DNA of 64,000 nt, taken from Escherichia coli (lineage in GTDB: Bacteria > Pseudomonadota > Gammaproteobacteria > Enterobacterales > Enterobacteriaceae). The stretch lies in the NCBI RefSeq assembly GCF_013122565.1, contig NZ_CP053258.1; one strand, given 5' to 3'. Under the pieces are notes generated by a model that searched no databases, had not been told where the DNA came from, and saw only the letters and a program-made list of their open reading frames with translations. Position numbers and translations under genes: made by a program. The first letter of the stretch is position 1. Each line of letters begins with the position of its first letter. This document shows positions 48,792 through 61,881 of the stretch, one piece after another.

Positions 48792-49913
48792 ATGGAATAC
48801 CAACTCACTCTTAACTGGCCCGATTTTCTTGAACGTCACTGGCAGAAACGCCCGGTGGTGTTAAAACGCGGCTTTAATAATTTTATTGACCCGATCTCTC
48901 CAGACGAGTTGGCGGGTCTGGCGATGGAAAGCGAAGTCGACAGTCGACTGGTCAGTCACCAGGATGGCAAATGGCAGGTCAGCCACGGCCCGTTCGAAAG
49001 CTACGATCATCTCGCTGAAACCAACTGGTCATTACTGGTACAGGCAGTGAACCACTGGCATGAGCCGACCGCCGCGCTGATGCGACCGTTCCGTGAACTA
49101 CCGGACTGGCGTATTGATGATCTGATGATCTCTTTTTCTGTACCGGGCGGCGGCGTCGGCCCGCATCTCGATCAGTACGACGTGTTTATCATTCAGGGTA
49201 CCGGTCGTCGTCGCTGGCGAGTGGGCGAAAAGCTGCAAATGAAACAGCACTGCCCACATCCGGATCTGTTACAGGTCGATCCGTTCGAAGCCATCATCGA
49301 TGAAGAGCTGGAGCCTGGCGATATTCTTTATATTCCGCCAGGATTCCCGCATGAAGGCTACGCGCTGGAAAATGCGATGAACTATTCCGTGGGTTTTCGC
49401 GCACCAAATACGCGGGAACTGATTAGTGGATTTGCCGATTATGTGCTGCAACGTGAACTGGGCGGCAACTACTACAGCGATCCTGATGTTCCACCTCGCG
49501 CTCATCCTGCGGATGTTCTGCCGCAAGAGATGGATAAACTGCGTGAGATGATGCTCGAATTGATCAACCAGCCGGAACACTTTAAGCAATGGTTTGGCGA
49601 GTTTATATCCCAGTCACGTCATGAACTGGATATCGCGCCGCCAGAGCCGCCTTATCAGCCGGATGAAATCTACGATGCGCTGAAACAAGGTGATGTGCTG
49701 GTGCGCCTGGGTGGTCTGCGCGTATTACGCATTGGCGACGAAGTGTATGCCAATGGTGAGAAGATCGATTCCCCGCACCGTCCGGCACTGGATGCACTCG
49801 CCAGCAACATTGCGCTGACCGCGGAGAATTTTGGCGATGCGCTGGAAGATCCGTCATTCCTCGCCATGCTCGCGGCGCTGGTCAATAGCGGATACTGGTT
49901 CTTCGAAGGGTAA
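48792..49913 (+). CDS. roxA: ribosomal protein uL16 arginine hydroxylase RoxA (YcfD), JmjC/cupin
   Basis: 373 codons from ATG at 48792 (MEYQLTLNWPDFLERHWQKRP); matches K-12 YcfD. Confidence 0.92.
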   Translation: MEYQLTLNWPDFLERHWQKRPVVLKRGFNNFIDPISPDELAGLAMESEVDSRLVSHQDGKWQVSHGPFESYDHLAETNWSLLVQAVNHWHEPTAALMRPFRELPDWRIDDLMISFSVPGGGVGPHLDQYDVFIIQGTGRRRWRVGEKLQMKQHCPHPDLLQVDPFEAIIDEELEPGDILYIPPGFPHEGYALENAMNYSVGFRAPNTRELISGFADYVLQRELGGNYYSDPDVPPRAHPADVLPQEMDKLREMMLELINQPEHFKQWFGEFISQSRHELDIAPPEPPYQPDEIYDALKQGDVLVRLGGLRVLRIGDEVYANGEKIDSPHRPALDALASNIALTAENFGDALEDPSFLAMLAALVNSGYWFFEG

Positions 49914-49923
49914 GTTTGGATTT

Positions 49924-49990
49924 AAGCCGGATGCGGCGCTGATTGCGCCTTATCGTGCCTACATGCACTGAACGCCTGTAGGCACGATAA
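49924..49990. repeat. REP (repetitive extragenic palindromic) element
   Basis: GCCGGATGCGGCG core plus inverted CTTATCGTGCCTAC / GTAGGCACGATAAG units between roxA and pepT. Confidence 0.75.
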
Positions 49991-50058
49991 GTATGTGGAG
50001 CAGTATCAATATAACGGTTTCATCCCGGTAATTGGCAGTCCACATACGCATCGGGCAA

Positions 50059-51288
50059 TCACGACTTCCGTTGCGCCGTTAACTCGGCAATACGGACAAT
50101 CACCTGCACCGCTTTTTCCATACCTTCCAGAGTCACAAACTCATGCTTACCATGATAGTTGTAACCGCCAGTGAACAGGTTCGGGCACGGTAATCCCATA
50201 AACGACAACTGCGCGCCGTCGGTACCGCCGCGGATCGGTTTCAGTTCCGGTTCAATATCGCAGTCACGCATCGCCTGCTGGGCGATATCGATAATATGCG
50301 GATGCTCAACCACTTTCTCGCGCATATTGTAGTAACTGTCTTCAATCACCAGTTCAATATAGCAATCAGGATGTAACCCTTTGCCCACTTTTTTGGCGAT
50401 CTCCATCATTTTACGTTTACGCGCTTCAAACTGTTTACGGTCGAAATCACGGATGATGTAGTGCATATCGGCCCGTTCAACGGTGCCTTTCATGCTCGCC
50501 AGGTGATAGAAACCTTCATAACCTTCTGTCATTTCCGGGCTTTCATCCGCCGGGACTTCCGCATGAATACGAGCAGCCAGCGAAAGCGCATTTACCAACA
50601 CACCTTTCGCTGTGCCCGGGTGAACATTATTACCGACAATTTTGATATTGACCGACGCGGCGTTGAAGTTTTCAAACTCCAGTTCACCTACGCCCCCCCC
50701 ATCAACGGTGTAAGCCCAGCGGGCATCGAAGGCGTCAACATCAAAATGTTTCGCCCCTTTGCCCACTTCTTCATCCGGGGTAAAGGCGACGCGAATATCA
50801 CCATGCGGAATGTTTTTCTGTTGCAATACCGCCAGCGCGGTCATGATTTCTGCAATACCTGCTTTGTCATCGGCACCTAACAAGGTTTTACCATCGGTGG
50901 TAATCAGCGTCTGACCCAGTAGCTGATGCAGCACCGGGAACATAACCGGTGATAAAACTTCATCGCCGATACCCAGCGCAATATCGCCACCGCGATAGTT
51001 TTCAACAATTTGCGGATTAACATTTTTGCCGCTGCAATCCGGTGAGGTATCCACATGAGAAATAAAGCCAATCGCCGGGATATCGCCAGGGACGTTAGCC
51101 GGTAACGTCGCCATCAAAGTGCCCTTCTCACTTAAGGTCACATTGATAAGCCCCATCTCTTCTAGCTGCTCTTTCAGCAGATGCAATAACTTCCATTGGC
51201 CTTCCGTGCTGGGAACTTGTCTCACCCCTGATTTTGATTGGGTATCCAGAGACACGTAGTTCAAAAATCGCTCAAGTAGTTTATCCAT
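50059..51288 (-). CDS. pepT: peptidase T (tripeptide aminopeptidase)
   Basis: ~409 codons from ATG at 51288 ([19 protein letters not shown]); matches K-12 PepT. Confidence 0.95.
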   Translation of the reverse strand: MDKLLERFLNYVSLDTQSKSGVRQVPSTEGQWKLLHLLKEQLEEMGLINVTLSEKGTLMATLPANVPGDIPAIGFISHVDTSPDCSGKNVNPQIVENYRGGDIALGIGDEVLSPVMFPVLHQLLGQTLITTDGKTLLGADDKAGIAEIMTALAVLQQKNIPHGDIRVAFTPDEEVGKGAKHFDVDAFDARWAYTVDGGGVGELEFENFNAASVNIKIVGNNVHPGTAKGVLVNALSLAARIHAEVPADESPEMTEGYEGFYHLASMKGTVERADMHYIIRDFDRKQFEARKRKMMEIAKKVGKGLHPDCYIELVIEDSYYNMREKVVEHPHIIDIAQQAMRDCDIEPELKPIRGGTDGAQLSFMGLPCPNLFTGGYNYHGKHEFVTLEGMEKAVQVIVRIAELTAQRKS

Positions 51289-51537
51289 GTAGTCACCCTC
51301 ACTTTTTGTGACAACATTATTAAGAAGCAAGAAAAGACAAATATTGCGTCAGGTCACTTTTACCCCTGCAAGCGGGAATATTTATCTGCATTACCTTAAT
51401 GAATATAAAGCTAAGCCAGTAATTCACAACAAAGATTGGCGATTCAAGCGGTTTGCCGTAGAATTACCGCCCTCATTAAGAGTCACCAAGGTGGTTAACC
51501 ACAAACCCCGCATCGGTAAGCCATCCGTTGCGTTTAC

Positions 51538-52674
51538 ATGGGACAGAGTAAAAAATTGAATAAACAACCGAGTTCGCTTTCACCGCTGGTGCAATTGGCG
51601 GGAATTCGCAAATGCTTTGATGGTAAAGAGGTCATTCCCCAGCTGGATCTGACTATCAACAATGGCGAGTTCCTCACGCTGCTTGGCCCTTCTGGCTGCG
51701 GTAAAACAACCGTTCTTCGCCTGATTGCAGGTCTGGAAACTGTTGATTCCGGACGCATCATGCTGGATAACGAGGACATCACCCACGTTCCGGCGGAAAA
51801 CCGCTATGTGAACACTGTTTTCCAAAGCTACGCACTTTTCCCCCACATGACCGTGTTCGAAAATGTGGCCTTTGGGTTGCGCATGCAAAAAACCCCCGCT
51901 GCTGAAATTACGCCCCGCGTGATGGAAGCCCTGCGGATGGTGCAGCTGGAAACCTTCGCTCAACGCAAACCGCATCAGCTCTCTGGTGGTCAACAGCAAC
52001 GCGTCGCCATTGCCCGCGCGGTGGTTAACAAGCCTCGTCTGTTGTTGCTGGATGAGTCGCTCTCAGCGCTGGATTACAAACTGCGTAAGCAAATGCAGAA
52101 CGAGCTGAAAGCGTTACAGCGTAAGCTTGGCATTACATTCGTCTTCGTGACTCACGACCAGGAAGAAGCACTCACCATGTCGGACAGGATTGTGGTGATG
52201 CGCGATGGTCGCATTGAGCAAGACGGCACGCCGCGTGAAATCTATGAAGAGCCGAAAAACCTGTTTGTTGCTGGGTTTATTGGCGAAATCAATATGTTTA
52301 ACGCCACTGTCATCGAACGTCTCGACGAGCAGCGCGTACGCGCCAACGTTGAAGGCCGCGAATGTAATATCTACGTTAACTTCGCCGTTGAACCGGGGCA
52401 AAAACTGCATGTTCTGCTGCGCCCGGAAGACTTACGTGTTGAAGAGATTAACGACGACAACCACGCTGAAGGGCTGATTGGTTACGTTCGCGAGCGTAAC
52501 TACAAAGGCATGACGCTGGAGTCGGTTGTTGAACTGGAAAATGGCAAGATGGTGATGGTCAGCGAATTCTTCAATGAAGACGATCCTGACTTTGACCACT
52601 CTCTCGACCAAAAAATGGCCATTAATTGGGTAGAAAGCTGGGAGGTCGTACTGGCTGATGAAGAACACAAGTAA
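51538..52674 (+). CDS. potA: spermidine/putrescine ABC transporter ATPase PotA
   Basis: 378-aa ORF with Walker [10 protein letters not shown]; matches K-12 PotA. Confidence 0.97.
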
Positions 52675-52687
52675 GTTCCAGAATGTA

Positions 52688-53515
52688 GTGATTGTCACTA
52701 TTGTCGGTTGGCTTGTGTTGTTTGTCTTTCTGCCCAACCTGATGATCATTGGCACCAGCTTTTTGACCCGCGACGACGCCAGTTTCGTCAAAATGGTCTT
52801 TACGCTGGATAACTACACACGTCTGCTCGATCCGCTCTATTTTGAAGTGCTATTGCACTCGCTGAATATGGCGCTGATCGCCACCCTCGCCTGCCTGGTG
52901 CTGGGCTACCCGTTTGCCTGGTTTCTGGCGAAGCTGCCACATAAGGTGCGTCCGCTGCTGCTGTTTCTGCTGATTGTTCCCTTCTGGACCAACTCACTGA
53001 TTCGCATCTACGGGCTGAAAATTTTCCTCAGCACCAAAGGCTACCTCAACGAGTTTTTGCTCTGGCTGGGCGTTATCGACACACCAATTCGTATCATGTT
53101 CACGCCCAGTGCGGTGATTATCGGTCTGGTTTACATTCTGCTACCGTTTATGGTGATGCCGCTGTACTCCAGTATCGAAAAACTGGATAAGCCGTTGCTT
53201 GAGGCGGCGCGCGATCTCGGTGCCAGCAAGTTACAGACTTTTATCCGCATCATTATTCCACTGACGATGCCGGGGATTATTGCCGGATGTCTGCTGGTGA
53301 TGCTGCCAGCGATGGGCCTGTTCTATGTGTCCGACCTGATGGGCGGTGCGAAAAACCTGCTGATCGGTAACGTCATCAAGGTACAGTTCCTCAATATTCG
53401 TGACTGGCCGTTTGGTGCAGCCACCAGCATTACGCTGACTATCGTAATGGGCCTGATGTTGCTGGTTTACTGGCGCGCTTCTCGTCTGCTGAATAAGAAG
53501 GTGGAACTCGAATGA
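52688..53515 (+). CDS. potB: spermidine/putrescine ABC transporter permease PotB
   Basis: 275 codons from GTG at 52688 (MIVTIVGWLVLF), matching the published PotB length; alternative in-frame ATG at 52658 overlaps potA. Confidence 0.9.
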   Translation: MIVTIVGWLVLFVFLPNLMIIGTSFLTRDDASFVKMVFTLDNYTRLLDPLYFEVLLHSLNMALIATLACLVLGYPFAWFLAKLPHKVRPLLLFLLIVPFWTNSLIRIYGLKIFLSTKGYLNEFLLWLGVIDTPIRIMFTPSAVIIGLVYILLPFMVMPLYSSIEKLDKPLLEAARDLGASKLQTFIRIIIPLTMPGIIAGCLLVMLPAMGLFYVSDLMGGAKNLLIGNVIKVQFLNIRDWPFGAATSITLTIVMGLMLLVYWRASRLLNKKVELE

Positions 53516-54306
53516 TCGGTCGACTGCTTCGCGGCGGTTTTATGACCGCTATCTACGCGTACCTGTATATCCCAATCATTATTTTGATTGTGAACTCCTT
53601 TAACAGCTCGCGCTTTGGCATCAACTGGCAGGGTTTTACCACCAAATGGTATAGCCTGCTGATGAACAACGACAGCCTGTTACAGGCAGCGCAGCATTCA
53701 CTAACAATGGCGGTGTTTTCGGCGACGTTTGCTACGCTTATCGGTTCACTGACGGCAGTTGCACTGTACCGTTATCGCTTTCGTGGTAAGCCGTTCGTTA
53801 GCGGAATGCTGTTTGTGGTAATGATGTCACCAGATATCGTGATGGCAATTTCGCTGCTGGTGCTGTTTATGCTGCTGGGTATTCAGCTTGGCTTCTGGTC
53901 GCTGCTGTTCTCGCATATCACCTTCTGCCTGCCATTTGTTGTGGTGACGGTGTATTCGCGCCTGAAAGGTTTTGACGTGCGGATGCTGGAAGCGGCGAAA
54001 GATCTCGGTGCCAGCGAATTTACCATTCTGCGAAAAATCATTCTGCCACTGGCAATGCCAGCGGTGGCGGCGGGCTGGGTGTTAAGCTTTACCCTGTCGA
54101 TGGACGATGTGGTGGTTTCTTCGTTCGTCACCGGGCCGAGTTATGAAATTCTGCCGTTAAAAATTTACTCGATGGTCAAAGTCGGCGTATCGCCGGAAGT
54201 TAACGCGCTGGCAACCATATTACTGGTGCTGTCGCTGGTGATGGTTATTGCCAGCCAGCTTATTGCTCGAGATAAAACGAAAGGTAACACAGGGGACGTT
54301 AAATGA
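53512..54306 (+). CDS. potC: spermidine/putrescine ABC transporter permease PotC
   Basis: 264-aa ORF matching K-12 PotC; 4-nt overlap with potB. Confidence 0.96.
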   Translation: MIGRLLRGGFMTAIYAYLYIPIIILIVNSFNSSRFGINWQGFTTKWYSLLMNNDSLLQAAQHSLTMAVFSATFATLIGSLTAVALYRYRFRGKPFVSGMLFVVMMSPDIVMAISLLVLFMLLGIQLGFWSLLFSHITFCLPFVVVTVYSRLKGFDVRMLEAAKDLGASEFTILRKIILPLAMPAVAAGWVLSFTLSMDDVVVSSFVTGPSYEILPLKIYSMVKVGVSPEVNALATILLVLSLVMVIASQLIARDKTKGNTGDVK

Positions 54307-55349
54307 AAAAATGGTCACGCCACCTGCTCGCGGCGGGTGCTCTGGCACTGGGCATGAGCGCCGCTCACGCTGATGACAACAACACGCTGTATTTCTACAA
54401 CTGGACCGAGTACGTGCCGCCAGGACTGCTCGAGCAGTTCACCAAAGAAACTGGTATTAAGGTTATCTATTCGACTTACGAGTCGAACGAAACCATGTAT
54501 GCCAAGCTGAAAACGTACAAAGACGGTGCCTATGACCTGGTGGTTCCTTCAACCTATTACGTCGATAAAATGCGTAAAGAAGGGATGATCCAGAAGATCG
54601 ACAAGTCGAAGTTAACGAACTTCAGCAATCTCGATCCAGACATGCTCAATAAGCCGTTTGACCCGAATAACGATTACTCCATTCCGTATATCTGGGGTGC
54701 GACGGCGATTGGCGTTAACGGTGATGCGGTGGATCCGAAATCTGTCACCAGCTGGGCCGATTTGTGGAAGCCTGAGTACAAAGGCAGCCTGCTGCTGACC
54801 GACGATGCCCGTGAAGTGTTCCAGATGGCACTACGTAAGCTGGGCTACTCCGGTAACACCACCGATCCGAAAGAGATTGAAGCTGCATATAACGAGCTGA
54901 AAAAACTGATGCCAAACGTCGCAGCGTTTAACTCCGATAACCCGGCTAACCCGTACATGGAAGGTGAAGTTAACCTCGGCATGATCTGGAACGGTTCTGC
55001 TTTCGTTGCACGCCAGGCGGGTACGCCTATTGACGTGGTGTGGCCGAAAGAAGGCGGCATTTTCTGGATGGACAGCCTGGCGATCCCGGCAAATGCCAAA
55101 AACAAAGAAGGTGCACTGAAATTGATCAACTTCCTGCTGCGCCCGGATGTGGCAAAACAGGTTGCTGAAACTATCGGTTATCCAACGCCAAACCTTGCGG
55201 CGCGTAAGCTGTTAAGTCCGGAAGTGGCGAACGATAAAACGCTCTACCCGGATGCTGATACCATTAAAAATGGCGAATGGCAGAATGACGTTGGCGCAGC
55301 CAGCAGCATTTATGAAGAGTATTATCAGAAGCTGAAAGCAGGACGTTAA
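54303..55349 (+). CDS. potD: spermidine/putrescine periplasmic binding protein PotD
   Basis: 348-aa ORF with signal peptide; matches K-12 PotD. Confidence 0.97.
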   Translation: MKKWSRHLLAAGALALGMSAAHADDNNTLYFYNWTEYVPPGLLEQFTKETGIKVIYSTYESNETMYAKLKTYKDGAYDLVVPSTYYVDKMRKEGMIQKIDKSKLTNFSNLDPDMLNKPFDPNNDYSIPYIWGATAIGVNGDAVDPKSVTSWADLWKPEYKGSLLLTDDAREVFQMALRKLGYSGNTTDPKEIEAAYNELKKLMPNVAAFNSDNPANPYMEGEVNLGMIWNGSAFVARQAGTPIDVVWPKEGGIFWMDSLAIPANAKNKEGALKLINFLLRPDVAKQVAETIGYPTPNLAARKLLSPEVANDKTLYPDADTIKNGEWQNDVGAASSIYEEYYQKLKAGR

Positions 55350-55357
55350 TTCAGCAA

Positions 55358-55390
55358 GCGGGCGGTGGTATTACCGCCCGTTTTTTATTT
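55358..55390 (+). terminator. rho-independent terminator of potABCD
   Basis: GCGGGCGGT-GGTATT-ACCGCCCG hairpin followed by TTTTTTATTT. Confidence 0.8.
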
Positions 55391-55462
55391 AGCAAGAATG
55401 AGGCTAATGAGCCAGGACAGTAGAGTTTTATCCCGCTCTTTCGTCGTTATTGTGGTCCGCTC

Positions 55463-55491
55463 GTAGGCCTGATAAGCGTAGCGCATCAGGC
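55463..55491. repeat. REP element
   Basis: Reverse complement reads GCCTGATGCGCTACGCTTATCAGGCCTAC, the canonical E. coli REP unit. Confidence 0.85.
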
Positions 55492-55504
55492 AATGTTTCC
55501 CGCT

Positions 55505-56326
55505 TTATAAGCCCTTCAGCAACTTTTCAACAAATTCTGGCACCACCTGGCTTGCCGGGCCGTAATATTTCTCGGCAAATTCATTACCAACCTGACTCGG
55601 TTCAAGATTGAGTTCCACGGTGTGTGCGCCATGCAGTTTCGCTTCGTGAACAAACCCAGCCGCCGGATAAACATGCCCCGAAGTACCAATGGCAATAAAA
55701 ATATCGGCCATCGACAACGCCATATAAATTTCATCCATACCGAGTGGCATTTCGCCAAACCAGACTACGTGCGGGCGCAAGGGTGCCGGGAACTGGCAGC
55801 AATGGCATTTATCTTCTGGGGTAACGTCTCCGGTCCAGTCGAGAACCTGACCACTTTGTGAACAACGAACTTTCAGCAGTTCTCCATGCATATGAATCAC
55901 ATTGGTATTACCTGCGCGTTCATGCAGGTTGTCTATATTCTGCGTTACCAGCAAAAAGCGATCGCCGAGGGCGTCTTGCAGTTTAGCCAGCGCAAGATGC
56001 GCGGCGTTAGGCTGAATTTCTGGCTGCTGCAGCTGTCGGCGACGGGCGTTATAAAACGCTTGCACCAGTTCAGGATCGCGATCGAAACCTTCCGGCGTTG
56101 CCACATCTTCAACCCGATGTTCTTCCCACAGGCCATCTGCGGCGCGAAAGGTACGAATACCTGATTCCGCAGAAATACCTGCCCCTGTCAGTACGAGTAC
56201 TCTTGGTTTTTCCATTGCTTCCGGCACCACTTTATCTCTGAAAAAAATACGCTGACGCAAACGCTCGCGCAGGCGGCGTTTATTTTTACGAAAACGACTT
56301 AACCGATGACCCCGACGCGACAGCAT
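55505..56326 (-). CDS. cobB: NAD-dependent protein deacylase CobB (sirtuin), long isoform ORF
   Basis: 273-aa ORF with arginine-rich N-terminal extension and internal start [19 protein letters not shown] for the short isoform. Confidence 0.93.
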   Translation of the reverse strand: MLSRRGHRLSRFRKNKRRLRERLRQRIFFRDKVVPEAMEKPRVLVLTGAGISAESGIRTFRAADGLWEEHRVEDVATPEGFDRDPELVQAFYNARRRQLQQPEIQPNAAHLALAKLQDALGDRFLLVTQNIDNLHERAGNTNVIHMHGELLKVRCSQSGQVLDWTGDVTPEDKCHCCQFPAPLRPHVVWFGEMPLGMDEIYMALSMADIFIAIGTSGHVYPAAGFVHEAKLHGAHTVELNLEPSQVGNEFAEKYYGPASQVVPEFVEKLLKGL

Positions 56327-56341
56327 AGCAACCTCTGTTGT

Positions 56342-57253
56342 TTAATCGGTTAGATGTAGGAAGGCCGCACCACGCATTCCTCCCGCATCACCGTGGCGCG
56401 CGCGTTCAATGCGCGGAACACGAGCTACAGGTAAGAGATGACGAGGCAGCCTGTCCGCCAGTTGCGTTGTGATTGCCGGGAAATTCGATAAGCCACCACC
56501 AATGACGACCAGGTCAGGGTCAACAATGGTCAGGATATTTCCCAGACAAACCGCTAATAAATCCAGATAACGCTCAACGTGCGCCCTTGCCTGCTCATCG
56601 CCTTGATCATAAAGCGCAATAATTTCGGGAGCCTGCAACGGTTGATGATAATAGTGTTGATACAGCCACGCAAAACCGCGACCAGACAGATAATTTTCAA
56701 TGCAGCCATGCTGACCACAGCCGCAGCGGCGTAACGGGAAATCCAACCCCATCATGGTTAACGCATCAACCGGCAGACGCATATGGCCAAACTCGCCGGT
56801 AATGTAGCTTTTACCGGTAATCGGTTTGCCGTTGAAAATCAGCCCGCCGCCAACGCCGGTACCGAGAATCAACCCCATCACCAACGGATATTGAGTAAAT
56901 TCATCATCCCAGGCTTCTGAAAGGGCAAAACAGTTGGCATCGTTATCAAGACGAACATCGCGATCAAGACGTGCGCTCAGGTCGGCACGCAGCGGTTTGC
57001 CGCTGGCAGCGGGGACATTAGCGGCATACAGCGTGCCATCTTCTGTTTCCGGCATTCCAGGAATACCGATACCGACAGAACCTTTACAGCCAAAACGTTG
57101 GTCAGCTTCGGCTACCAGTTCACACACTGCATCTAAAAATGCGTCATAGCTGTCACGCGGTGTCGGCACCCGCTTTTCCCACTGCAACTGCCGACCGCTA
57201 TCAAACACGCCAAGCGCAATTTTTGTTCCACCAATATCAAACCCGTAATACAT
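56342..57253 (-). CDS. nagK: N-acetyl-D-glucosamine kinase
   Basis: 303 codons from ATG at 57253 ([20 protein letters not shown]-family motif); matches K-12 NagK. Confidence 0.95.
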
Positions 57254-57281
57254 TGCCGCTCCTTGTTTTAATGTACTGCCT

Positions 57282-60530
<3,249 letters not shown>

Positions 60531-60680
60531 TCAATCGGCTAAATTGCCATGGTTTATCATCAATCTTGCCGCCTGATCTTAATCTGAAAAATCATCCAAT
60601 ACAGACAGATACCCATTACACATAGGGTCATAACCAGCAGGATCAACCGCATGTAAATTAAAAAAGAGCGTGTTGTCCTG

Positions 60681-61754
60681 ATGAAACAAAAAGAGCTATG
60701 GATTAACCAGATCAAAGGGTTATGTATTTGTCTGGTGGTAATTTATCACTCGGTCATTACCTTTTATCCGCATATGACCACTTTTCAGCATCCGTTATCG
60801 GAAGTCCTGAGCAAATGCTGGATCTATTTCAATCTTTACCTTGCACCCTTTCGTATGCCGGTTTTTTTCTTTATATCCGGCTATTTGATTCGCCGCTATA
60901 TCGACAGCGTACCGTGGGGAAATTGTCTCGATAAACGGATCTGGAACATCTTCTGGGTGCTGGCGCTTTGGGGCGTGGTGCAGTGGCTGGCGTTAAGTGC
61001 GCTGAACCAGTGGCTGGCACCTGAGCGCGATTTAAGCAATGCCTCCAATGCCGCGTATGCCGATTCCACCGGTGAGTTCCTGCACGGGATGCTCACCGCC
61101 AGCACCAGCTTGTGGTATCTGTATGCTTTAATCGTTTATTTCGTGGTATGTAAAATTTTTAGCCATCTGGCGCTGCCACTATTCGCCTTGTTTGTACTGC
61201 TGAGTGTGGCGGTTAATTTCGTTCCCACGCCGTGGTGGGGAATGAACAGTGTGATCCGCAATTTGCCTTATTACAGCCTTGGCGCATGGTTTGGCGCAAC
61301 ATTAATGACCTGTGTTAAAGAGGTGCCGCTGCGCCGCCATCTGCTGATGGCTTTTTTGTTGGCTGTTCTGGCGGTCGGTGCCTGGTTGTTTACTATCTCG
61401 CTGCTGTTGTCGCTGGTATCGATTGTGGTGATCATGAAGCTGTTTTATCAGTACGAGCAACGTTTCGGTATGCACTCCACCAGCCTGCTGAATGTGATTG
61501 GCTCCAACACCATTGCTATCTACACCACCCATCGCATTCTGGTTGAAATATTCAGCTTAACTCTGCTTGCGCAAATGAACGCAGCACGCTGGTCGCCGCA
61601 AGTCGAACTGACACTCCTGCTGGTTTACCCCTTTGTCAGTTTGTTCATCTGTACTGTTGCGGGCTTGCTGGTAAGAAAACTTTCACAGCGCGCATTCAGC
61701 GATCTGTTGTTCTCCCCGCCTTCTCTGCCCGCGGCCGTCAGTTACTCCCGCTAA
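60681..61754 (+). CDS. ycfT: inner membrane acyltransferase-family protein YcfT
   Basis: 357-aa polytopic membrane ORF; synteny between lolC and mfd. Confidence 0.88.
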   Translation: MKQKELWINQIKGLCICLVVIYHSVITFYPHMTTFQHPLSEVLSKCWIYFNLYLAPFRMPVFFFISGYLIRRYIDSVPWGNCLDKRIWNIFWVLALWGVVQWLALSALNQWLAPERDLSNASNAAYADSTGEFLHGMLTASTSLWYLYALIVYFVVCKIFSHLALPLFALFVLLSVAVNFVPTPWWGMNSVIRNLPYYSLGAWFGATLMTCVKEVPLRRHLLMAFLLAVLAVGAWLFTISLLLSLVSIVVIMKLFYQYEQRFGMHSTSLLNVIGSNTIAIYTTHRILVEIFSLTLLAQMNAARWSPQVELTLLLVYPFVSLFICTVAGLLVRKLSQRAFSDLLFSPPSLPAAVSYSR

Positions 61755-61881
61755 GCCATCGCCCCAGCTGGGGCGAATCAATTTGCTAAACCATGTCGAT
61801 TACGGATAATGAACAGCATTGCTTATCAGAGATATGCCCCCATATGTTGAGGCATATCCTAACGAGAATCTGACAACCGTT

